Assembly: GCA_051872335.1 (NCBI GenBank)
Contig: JBJEDT010000024.1
Location: forward strand, 6,984 to 70,983
Direction of reading: 5' to 3'
Length of the DNA stretch: 64,000 bases
Source of the DNA: Bacilli bacterium
GTDB taxonomy: Bacteria; Bacillota_I; Bacilli_A; RFN20; CAG-826
Under the pieces are notes generated by a model. It saw only the letters and a list, made by a program, of their open reading frames with translations. It had not been told where the DNA came from and made no database searches. The position numbers and the translations under genes were made by a program. The first letter of the stretch is position 1. Every line of letters starts with the position of its first letter. Shown in pieces: positions 56,270 through 64,000 of this stretch.

Positions 56270-57522
56270 AAAATACCATCCTCCCATTTTTTAATAATTA
56301 AATTAACATTTTCATCTTTTGAATCACATGCCTCTATTTTAATATCACAAACCTTCGCATATAAAGGTGTTCTTTCTTCATATCTCTGCTTTAGTGCTTC
56401 ATATGTAGAACTTAGAGGTCTAGATGGAGTACTTTTTAAAAAAGAAAGGGGTCTTTCTATATAAAAAATCCGTCCATTTTGCTTCAAGTATGAAACATTT
56501 TCTTTTCTTAAAACAGCACCTCCACCTGTTGCAATAACAAGTGATACATTTTGACTGACTTCTTTAATGACTTCACTTTCTATATTCCTAAAAATATCTT
56601 CACCATATTTTTCAAAGAAAGTTGTTATTGTCATATTAATTCTTTGTTCAATTAAAGAATCTATATCAATAAATTGACGATTTAATTTTTGTGCAACTAA
56701 TTTACCTAGAGCACTTTTACCGCAAGAAGGCATACCAATTAACACAATATTTTCTTTTTCTTTTTTTATATTTTTATATATTTCAACAATTTTATTTTTA
56801 TCAAATTCACAATCATGAAATAATTCACATGCATAAAAAGCTTGGGCTATTAACATATAAAGACCACCACAGCAAGGAATAGTTTTTCTTTCTGCGTCTA
56901 CAATTAGTTGTGTTTTCAAAGGATTATAAATAACATCAACAACGCCTTGTAAATTTTTAAACTTATCTATGTTAATTATTGATTCAACATTTAAAGATGG
57001 ATACATTCCATAAGGAGTAGTTGAAATAATTACTTCAACATCATTATTAAAATCATTAATCATCTCTTCATATGTAATTACATTATCTTTTTTATTTCTT
57101 GAAACAAGATAAATTTTTAAAGCCCCTAAATCTTTTACAACTTTACTAGCAGTCTTGGCTGTTCCTCCTGTACCCAAGATAAAAACTTTCTTCCCACAAA
57201 TAGGTATATTAAAATGTAAAATCATATCCTTTAAACCATAGTAATCGGTATTGTAACCATATAATTTCCCGTTTTTATTGATAATAGTATTTATTGCATG
57301 AATTTCTTGAGATTCTTCAGAAAGAAAATCAAGAAAAGGTATAACTACTTCTTTATAAGGAATTGTAACATTTACAGCACGAAAATCAGCCATTTTCATA
57401 AATTCTGAAAATTGCTCATTGTCAGTTAATTCCTTTAATTCATATTGATAATCAACTAATTGCTCATGAATTTCTTTGGAATAACTATGTATTAATTTTT
57501 TTCCAATTAATCCATACTCCAT
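56266..57522 (-). CDS. Bifunctional shikimate dehydrogenase (AroE, N-terminal) / shikimate kinase (AroK, C-terminal) fusion.
   Basis: N-terminal GLIGKKLIHSYSKEIHEQ, NVTIPYK and NTDYYG (AroE); C-terminal VLIGMPSCGKSALGKLVAQKLNRQFIDID P-loop (AroK). Confidence 0.85.
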   Translation of the reverse strand: MEYGLIGKKLIHSYSKEIHEQLVDYQYELKELTDNEQFSEFMKMADFRAVNVTIPYKEVVIPFLDFLSEESQEIHAINTIINKNGKLYGYNTDYYGLKDMILHFNIPICGKKVFILGTGGTAKTASKVVKDLGALKIYLVSRNKKDNVITYEEMINDFNNDVEVIISTTPYGMYPSLNVESIINIDKFKNLQGVVDVIYNPLKTQLIVDAERKTIPCCGGLYMLIAQAFYACELFHDCEFDKNKIVEIYKNIKKEKENIVLIGMPSCGKSALGKLVAQKLNRQFIDIDSLIEQRINMTITTFFEKYGEDIFRNIESEVIKEVSQNVSLVIATGGGAVLRKENVSYLKQNGRIFYIERPLSFLKSTPSRPLSSTYEALKQRYEERTPLYAKVCDIKIEACDSKDENVNLIIKKWEDGIL

Positions 57523-57530
57523 AAATACCT

Positions 57531-58631
57531 CTAATCTAATTTATCTTTTAAAAATACATCAGTTCCATACTTAATAGCTAATTGATCAGCAATAACTAAT
57601 GCTGTCATACAAGTAATAACAATACAAATACGGCGAATAATTGCAGGATCGTGTCGTCCTATAATTTCAATATTAGAATTTTCCTTCTTCATCATATCAA
57701 TCGTATCTTGTATTTTTGAAATCGATGGAGTTGGTTTAATAGCACATGAAAATATAACAGGCATTCCATTACTTATACCACCATTAATTCCACCATTATT
57801 ATTTGTTTTAGTTTTAACTTTTTGATCATCTATATAAAAGCAATCATTTGCTTGAGATCCTTTCATCGATCCAAATGCAAAACCAGCTCCGAATTCAATT
57901 CCTTTGACTCCACCAATACCAAATATAGCTTTAGACAAACTTCCTTCTAAAGAATCAAACCATGGTTCACCTATGCCTACAGGTAAATTATTTATTACTG
58001 TTTGTGTAATTCCACCTATAGAATCTTGTTCTAAACGTGCCTTATTTATTTCTTCCAAACATTCATTTTCGACATCGCTTAAAACAGGAAATGCTTTATT
58101 CTTTAATATTTCAATGTCTGCATCAATGTTTTTAAATTCTCGATCAACTACAGATCCACAATTTAAAATATGTGTTGCAATATTAATTTTAAATTTATCA
58201 AGGGCTTGTAAAATAATTGCACCGGCTGCAACAATAGCCACAGTTACACGACCAGAAAAATGACCTCCACCTCGATAATCTTCAAAACCATGATATTTTT
58301 CATGTGCAACGTAATCAGCATGAGATGGTCGTGCTAAATTTTTATTAATTTCATAATCCTTACTATGAACATTATTATTCTTTACTAGAATACATAAAGG
58401 AGCACCTGTTGTATAGTGATTAAATAAACCACTGACAATTTCAAATTCATCTTCTTCAACCCGTGCTGTTTCATGTGGCCCAGAAGGTCTTCTTAAAGCT
58501 AAACATTCTTTGATTTTTTCTTCATCGACAAATATTCCAGGAGTTAGTCCATCTATAACTGCTCCTATTTTAGGACCATGACTTTCACCAAATAATGTAA
58601 CTTTAATTTGTTTTCCAAATGTATTACTCAT
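57531..58631 (-). CDS. aroC: Chorismate synthase.
   Basis: FGESHGPKIGAVIDGL and RPSHADY motifs; 366 aa. Confidence 0.95.
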   Translation of the reverse strand: MSNTFGKQIKVTLFGESHGPKIGAVIDGLTPGIFVDEEKIKECLALRRPSGPHETARVEEDEFEIVSGLFNHYTTGAPLCILVKNNNVHSKDYEINKNLARPSHADYVAHEKYHGFEDYRGGGHFSGRVTVAIVAAGAIILQALDKFKINIATHILNCGSVVDREFKNIDADIEILKNKAFPVLSDVENECLEEINKARLEQDSIGGITQTVINNLPVGIGEPWFDSLEGSLSKAIFGIGGVKGIEFGAGFAFGSMKGSQANDCFYIDDQKVKTKTNNNGGINGGISNGMPVIFSCAIKPTPSISKIQDTIDMMKKENSNIEIIGRHDPAIIRRICIVITCMTALVIADQLAIKYGTDVFLKDKLD

Positions 58632-59637
58632 CGCGCTCCTCCTTTAATTTTTTATATAAATCTTCAATTTTAATTTTCTTTAGTTCATATGTTCCTAGTT
58701 GCTCAACTGAAACAATCCAAATAAAATCTCCAGTCTTTTTCTTATCATGATTTAAATAGTTATCAATATCGGTTAATGTTAAATCATATTTAATTGGAAG
58801 ATTATACTTTTTTAAAACTTTAATAATTTTGGTTCTCACTTCTTTTGATGAAAAATAAAGCATTCCAATACCAACACATTCACCATGTAAAAGTTTATAA
58901 TTACTTGCACTTTCAATAACATGTCCTAAAGTGTGTCCAAAATTCAAAACTCTTCTAAGCCCTTTTTCATCTAAATCTTCTTCAACAATTTTTTGTTTTA
59001 TTTGTAATGATTGGAAAATTACTTCATCAATATCATTTTCTAAATTTTTACTTTTTGCAATAACTTCGAATAAGGTTGAAGAACAAGTACATCCCATCTT
59101 AATTGCTTCGACTAATCCAGAATGTAATTGTCTTTTATCTAATGTTTTTAATGTATTTGGATCAATCAATACACATTTTGGCGTATAAAAAGAACCAATA
59201 ATATTTTTTATACCATCAAAATCAATAGCTGTTTTACCACCTATAGAAGAATCAACTTGAGAAAGTAATGTTGTAGGAATATTATAAAAATCAATTCCGC
59301 GCATATATGTTGCACTAACAAATCCTCCAAGATCTCCAACAACACCACCACCTATGCTAATTAGGCAATCACTTCTAGTAAATCCTTCATTAATTAGTGT
59401 TCTCATAATTAATTGATAATTATCGAGATTTTTGCTTTGTTCCCCTTGATTAATAACTACTATTGTTGGCATAAGACATTGAGTAGAAACTTTTGAGATA
59501 TATTCATTAGGAACACCATCATCTGTCAAAATTAGCACTTTTCTTTGCAAAGATAAATACTGAGAAGCATTTACTAATAAATCTCTTTGAATAATTACAT
59601 CATAAGAATGTGTTTTACAGTTTATTGATAATTTCAT
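58624..59637 (-). CDS. aroB: 3-dehydroquinate synthase.
   Basis: GGGVVGDLGGFVSATYMRGIDF nucleotide-binding motif; the ATG at 59637 has an AGGTGGGTGA RBS. Confidence 0.9.
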   Translation of the reverse strand: MKLSINCKTHSYDVIIQRDLLVNASQYLSLQRKVLILTDDGVPNEYISKVSTQCLMPTIVVINQGEQSKNLDNYQLIMRTLINEGFTRSDCLISIGGGVVGDLGGFVSATYMRGIDFYNIPTTLLSQVDSSIGGKTAIDFDGIKNIIGSFYTPKCVLIDPNTLKTLDKRQLHSGLVEAIKMGCTCSSTLFEVIAKSKNLENDIDEVIFQSLQIKQKIVEEDLDEKGLRRVLNFGHTLGHVIESASNYKLLHGECVGIGMLYFSSKEVRTKIIKVLKKYNLPIKYDLTLTDIDNYLNHDKKKTGDFIWIVSVEQLGTYELKKIKIEDLYKKLKEERDE

Positions 59638-59649
59638 AAAATCACCCAC

Positions 59650-60744
59650 CTAATCTGCATGCTCATAATATGTGCCTACTAATTTTAAACAATCACAGAC
59701 TGTCTTTAATTCGTTAAGCATATCCTTACCATCTTGACTATTAATATTTCCTTCTAATTCAACGAAGAAAAAATAATTCCACATTAAAGACTTCATAGGT
59801 CTACTACGTACATTTCTCATATTAAATCCATGAGCACCAATAATATTTAGTGTTTTAGCTAATGAACCTGCTTCATTTAAGACCGTGAATACTAAAACAA
59901 AATGTTCTCCCATTCTAGATAAAGCATTTGGTTGTCTTAATACCCGAGAAAAAGCAGCAAATCTTGTTGAGTTATTATGATTTGTTTGAATATGTTCTTT
60001 TAATATCTTTAAGTTGTATAAAGTTGCAGACTCTTTACTTGCAATTACTCCAATTGTTTCATCATTACTTTCTGATAAAGCCAAAGATGCCATTGCTGTA
60101 TTTGGATATTCAATCGTTTTGAAACCTTTTTGTTCAATATATTCACTACATTGTAATAATGCTTGTGGGTGACTCATAACTGTCTTAATTTTATCTTCAG
60201 TTGCACTTTCTTTTCCTAACAAATTATGCTCAATAAATAATTCACATACTTGATTTATATAAAGACTACCTGAAAAAATTAAGTCCATAACAGCACCTAC
60301 ATCTCCGGCATAACTATTTTCTAATGGCAATACACAAATGTCACACTCTCCTTTTTCAACTGCCTGATATGCACTCGAAAAACTTGGGTAAGAAATATAT
60401 GTTCCACTTGTAAACATTTTTTGTGCAGCAATATGAGCAAAAGCACCTTCAACACCACAATAAGCTACTTTAATACCTTCAATAATACGAGATTGATATC
60501 TTTTAGATATATCCATCATTGCTTGTAAATATAAAACATAATATTCTTGGATAATGTTATCATCCATATCATTTTGATGAGATGCTAATATTTCTTTTTC
60601 TCTAAGTGGGTCAAAAATAGGTAAAGCATTTTCTTTTTTAATTTCGGCAATTTCTTTAGCAGTTTTCATTCTTTCTTTAAAAAGTTTTGCCATTTCTTCA
60701 TCTATTTCATTTATTTTTTTCCTTTTTTCATCTAATAATCCCAT
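59650..60744 (-). CDS. pheA: Bifunctional chorismate mutase / prephenate dehydratase (P-protein) with a C-terminal ACT domain.
   Basis: N-terminal AroQ-type chorismate mutase helix (LDEKRKKINEIDEEMAKLFKERM); PDT domain (KVAYCGVEGAFAH, ESRP-like); the AGGAGTG RBS lies between two ATGs, so the start is at 60744. Confidence 0.85.
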   Translation of the reverse strand: MGLLDEKRKKINEIDEEMAKLFKERMKTAKEIAEIKKENALPIFDPLREKEILASHQNDMDDNIIQEYYVLYLQAMMDISKRYQSRIIEGIKVAYCGVEGAFAHIAAQKMFTSGTYISYPSFSSAYQAVEKGECDICVLPLENSYAGDVGAVMDLIFSGSLYINQVCELFIEHNLLGKESATEDKIKTVMSHPQALLQCSEYIEQKGFKTIEYPNTAMASLALSESNDETIGVIASKESATLYNLKILKEHIQTNHNNSTRFAAFSRVLRQPNALSRMGEHFVLVFTVLNEAGSLAKTLNIIGAHGFNMRNVRSRPMKSLMWNYFFFVELEGNINSQDGKDMLNELKTVCDCLKLVGTYYEHAD

Positions 60745-60745
60745 A

Positions 60746-61942
60746 CTAACAACACTCCTCATAATACTGTTTCAATTTTATAAAAGCTTCTTCAGAGCTA
60801 GCAATCATTTCACTTGAAACACAATAAGATATTCTTACATAACCTTCCATTCCAAATGAATCACTAGGTACCATAAATAAATTAAATTCTGTAGCTTTTT
60901 TACAAAAAGCAATAGCATCTTTATCTAAAGACTTAACAAATAGATAAAAAGCACCTTCTGGTTTTGCTGCTATACTATAACCAGCATTTGATAAAATATC
61001 AATTAATAAATCACGATTTTTAATATAAATTGAGAAATCAGATGTTACATTAAAAACAGTTGGTAATAAATATTGAAAAATCGAAGGAGCACATATACAG
61101 CCAATAGATCTTCCTGCTCCCTTAACTGCAGCAAAAACTAGTTCTTTATCTTGGCATTTATTCGAAACAAGAAGATAACCAATTCGTTCGCCTGGCAATG
61201 ATAAAGATTTACTATATGAATAAGCAACAAGTGAATTACTATAGTAATTAGTAATGAAAGGATATTTAGTGTTCGAGTAAATTAGTTCTCGATATGGTTC
61301 ATCAGATAAAAGATAAATAACTTGATTAAATTGTTTTTGCTTTTTTTCCAACACTGTACACAAATCAATAATAAATTTTTCACTATATACAACCCCTGTA
61401 GGATTATTAGGAGAATTTATAATAATCATTTTTGTATTTTTTGTTATTTTTTCTTCTAAAACTTCTAAGTTAGGAATGAATCCATCATTTTCGTTTGTTT
61501 GCACTGCCTTTACAATGCCTCCTACTGCATTAATAAAAACTGTATATTCAGGAAAATATGGAGCAAAAATAATGACTTCATCTCCACGATTAATTAATGC
61601 ATGTAATGCAACACTTAAAGAAGTAGAAGCACCATTTGTTAAATACAATAAATCTTTATTTTCGTTGCATCCATAAACTTCATTAATGTTTTCAATGAGT
61701 TTTTCACGGACAAATGCATTTCCTACATTTTCAGTATAATCATGTAAATATGAATCACTATATTCGTCAATAAGTTTTTTTAGATTATCATTAACTATTT
61801 TAGGTGCTTTGACATTAGGATTTCCAATAGTAAAATCATAAACAAGGTGACTACCTATATCTTTTTTTCTTTTATTTGCACAAGCAGATAATTCACGTAT
61901 AACAGAACTTTCAAGTCCTAATTTAATCATTTCTTTATTCAT
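60746..61942 (-). CDS. Class I/II PLP-dependent aminotransferase (aromatic/aspartate aminotransferase-like).
   Basis: SYSKSLSLPGERIGYL PLP-lysine motif; AAGGTGA RBS before the ATG at 61942. Confidence 0.8.
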   Translation of the reverse strand: MNKEMIKLGLESSVIRELSACANKRKKDIGSHLVYDFTIGNPNVKAPKIVNDNLKKLIDEYSDSYLHDYTENVGNAFVREKLIENINEVYGCNENKDLLYLTNGASTSLSVALHALINRGDEVIIFAPYFPEYTVFINAVGGIVKAVQTNENDGFIPNLEVLEEKITKNTKMIIINSPNNPTGVVYSEKFIIDLCTVLEKKQKQFNQVIYLLSDEPYRELIYSNTKYPFITNYYSNSLVAYSYSKSLSLPGERIGYLLVSNKCQDKELVFAAVKGAGRSIGCICAPSIFQYLLPTVFNVTSDFSIYIKNRDLLIDILSNAGYSIAAKPEGAFYLFVKSLDKDAIAFCKKATEFNLFMVPSDSFGMEGYVRISYCVSSEMIASSEEAFIKLKQYYEECC

Positions 61943-62051
61943 CAATATCACCTTATTTCATTAGATAAATTATTTATAATAATTTACTATAAATACTTTA
62001 CTTTGTAAAGCAATGAAACAGCACTTACAAAATAAATTGCGTAAATAAAAA

Positions 62052-62073
62052 GTCTAAATATAATTATTTAGAC
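62052..62073 (-). terminator. Terminator after the TIR-MTase gene: GTCTAAATA-taat-TATTTAGAC followed by a T-run on the minus strand.
   Basis: 9-bp palindrome about 45 nt 3' of the stop at 62119, followed by TTTTTATTT on the minus strand. Confidence 0.5.
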
Positions 62074-62118
62074 CATTTAGTTTTAAAAAATAATTATTAT
62101 CTTCATTTCTTAATATGT

Positions 62119-63474
62119 TTATTTTTTTTGAGCTACACCAACAAAATCAATTTCAGAATACCAAAATGATTCCTCAGAAAATTTATTCTCTAATTCACTT
62201 AATAAATACTCCATATCTTCTAATTTTTTTTGATTAGCAGCATTATATGGATCTTTTTCACATATCGATTTTATATAATTTTTACGATATGAAAATCTTT
62301 CAATAAAAATTTCATTACGCTCATCTAAATCCATACCAGATACTTCTTTGACCCAGTTAATCATCTTAACATTTTTATATCCGGAAGAAACTAATTGAGA
62401 ATATATTTTTCTTCCATTTAATCTATCTGATATACCATCACATGAAAGATGTAAATCAACTACTTTTTTAATTAAGCCATCATCATTATATGTAACAATC
62501 GACCCATCATCAGAACCTCTGATAATGATATAACCATCATCAGCTAAAATCTTTCTAACATTCCTTAATAATTTGTTTGGATTTTTCAAATGATGAATAA
62601 CTAATGAAGCAAAAATAATATCAAATTTTTCAATATTTTCTTTTTGCATAATTTCATAAAAATTATCAACTATCTCTTCATCTTCTAAATCTAAAACATA
62701 ATAAGAAGCTCCATTGAACATAGAGTTTTCTTTTGCATACTCAATTAACGTTTCTCCACGATCAACACCTACAACTTTAGCATTTGGAATTTTAGAAAAA
62801 CGATCTTTAGTAACAAAACCATAAGCACATCCCATATCTAAGATAGAAAGTTGTTCTTTTTGTGGCATATGATCTAGTACATATTTAATTGCATTTTGAT
62901 CGGGTTCTCTGGTATTAATTGCTTGTATTCTTAATCTTTTTAATTCACTTTTATTTTCAGCTTTGTATGATGAAAGATGTTTTCCAGTAATAAGAGAAAT
63001 TTCTTCTTTATGAAAATCAAATGATTCTTTTTTGTCTTCTGTTCTTAAAAACTTCTTTACAAAATCAACGACTTCTCCATTAGAAGAAACTCCAATTTGA
63101 AAAGTTTGATAATTTCTTAAACTTCTAGGAACATCTAATCCAGTGATATTTTTTAAAAAAGGAACAATGCATGCTTTAACTTTTCTTCCAGATAAAATAT
63201 CGTTATGGAAACTTTCTCTTTCATATGAAACCCATTGAGATTCAAGAAATTCTTTTTTTGTAGCAACACAAACTAAAACACTCGAATTTTCTAGTGCTTC
63301 CTCTATTGCGTTTTTATAAGCTGCAGCTCCTAATTCATTAAGAACTTTATTACTATAAAAAACATTTAATCCTTGTTCTTTAAACAATTCATAAAGTCGT
63401 TCAGCAACAAAACTATCCTCAGTTCTATTACCATTTTCATCTAAATTTTTAAAAGATATAAAAACATCATACAT
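62119..63474 (-). CDS. TIR-domain protein fused to a class I SAM-dependent methyltransferase (451 aa).
   Basis: N-terminal ~150 aa: YDVFISFKNLDENG...LVCVATKKEFLESQWVSYERESF, a TIR fold with the WxxxE glutamate context. C-terminal: ILDMGCAYGFV (motif I), VVGVDRGETLIEYAKEN (motif II), FDIIFASLVIHHL and LADDGYIIIRG (Methyltransf_11/25-like). AGGTGA RBS. Confidence 0.7.
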   Translation of the reverse strand: MYDVFISFKNLDENGNRTEDSFVAERLYELFKEQGLNVFYSNKVLNELGAAAYKNAIEEALENSSVLVCVATKKEFLESQWVSYERESFHNDILSGRKVKACIVPFLKNITGLDVPRSLRNYQTFQIGVSSNGEVVDFVKKFLRTEDKKESFDFHKEEISLITGKHLSSYKAENKSELKRLRIQAINTREPDQNAIKYVLDHMPQKEQLSILDMGCAYGFVTKDRFSKIPNAKVVGVDRGETLIEYAKENSMFNGASYYVLDLEDEEIVDNFYEIMQKENIEKFDIIFASLVIHHLKNPNKLLRNVRKILADDGYIIIRGSDDGSIVTYNDDGLIKKVVDLHLSCDGISDRLNGRKIYSQLVSSGYKNVKMINWVKEVSGMDLDERNEIFIERFSYRKNYIKSICEKDPYNAANQKKLEDMEYLLSELENKFSEESFWYSEIDFVGVAQKK

Positions 63475-63528
63475 ATTTAATCACCTATAAAAATTATAAC
63501 ATATGATTTAGCATTACAAAATTACATT

Positions 63529-64000
63529 TTAAGAAAGAATATTATTAAATATTAATTCTATTTGTTCTGCATATTTCTTATATTCATTTTCATTATCATG
63601 ACAATTTGGAATATGAATAAAAATAGCCTTATCTAAATGATGTTCAAGTAAATGAAAGTATAAATTATTACATACAAACTTTCCTGCATCATATGAAAAT
63701 TTAACTAAATTATGACATTTTTCAATTGCTACTCCAGTTTTTAAAATTTTAGGTAATAATTCATTTATCACTTCATTTTGTTTTAAAACTCCACAATTAT
63801 CTTTTAAACTACAAGAAGAAATATTATGTGCTTCGACTTCTAAAGTTAATTCATCTCTACTTCTAGCTTCTCCTAGAGCAATAATTAAATCATAATCTTT
63901 TAAATTTATTTTATTTTTTATTTCTACATAGCAATTATCATAAACAACATCAACTACTAATTTATCAACATTGTTTATGTACTTTAAAACTTCCATCGAA
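63529..64000 (-). CDS. pcp: Pyroglutamyl-peptidase I (pyrrolidone-carboxylate peptidase), C-terminal ~155 aa; N-terminus lies beyond the window end.
   Basis: AGKFVCNNLYFHLL (catalytic Cys motif AGTFVCNH) and FIHIPN (His motif) align with Bacillus Pcp. The ORF is open to the window edge. Confidence 0.7.
   Translation of the reverse strand, partial: SMEVLKYINNVDKLVVDVVYDNCYVEIKNKINLKDYDLIIALGEARSRDELTLEVEAHNISSCSLKDNCGVLKQNEVINELLPKILKTGVAIEKCHNLVKFSYDAGKFVCNNLYFHLLEHHLDKAIFIHIPNCHDNENEYKKYAEQIELIFNNILS

Noticed and set aside
1-64000. CRISPR arrays, transposases/IS elements, prophage genes.
   Set aside because: No regularly spaced direct repeats, no DDE/serine/tyrosine recombinase motifs, and no phage structural or terminase-like ORFs were recognised anywhere in the window.

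Overview
Dense, AT-rich (~28-30% GC) chromosomal window from a low-GC Bacillota genome, probably a Bacilli- or Erysipelotrichia-like spore-former. That placement rests on Spx, YlbF, RNase J, YitT, long-form HPF and a Bacillus-like ylbD-ylbE-ylbF-rsmD-coaD / ylbJ block, together with CotD-like and YjcZ-like sporulation proteins. I call about 75 features and annotate most of them by family.

Housekeeping genes include def, rnj, maf, nadK, trpS, pgcA-type phosphoglucomutase, an RluA-family pseudouridine synthase, a single tRNA-Ser(GGA), metK, hpf and htpG. A nine-gene aromatic amino acid operon (DAHP synthase, tyrA, aroA, a fused aroE-aroK, aroC, aroB, pheA, aminotransferase) lies on the minus strand at 53.2-61.9 kb.

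Accessory content: an ArsR(CzrA-like)-HMA-P1B-ATPase metal efflux module with two matching inverted-repeat operators; three paralogs of the TIGR02206/YwaF membrane family, one frameshifted; and a surface-protein island at 40-51 kb with GLUG/beta-helix lipoproteins, an ETP tandem repeat and a GC-atypical XRE gene.

The most unusual gene is a TIR domain fused to a class-I SAM methyltransferase at 62119..63474. This architecture is not, to my knowledge, part of a characterised defence system. Other points worth a second look:
- a PTS-EIIB-like domain with Cys->Thr at the phosphorylation position;
- a 166-aa protein-kinase-like mini-protein;
- a CIRCE element upstream of htpG;
- paired GCAAC-N-GTTGC palindromes in front of an XRE-membrane regulator;
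- no S-box in front of metK and no T-box in front of trpS or the aro operon.

No CRISPR array, integrase or transposase was seen. All calls come from reading the sequence and ORF translations against remembered family motifs; no database search was run.
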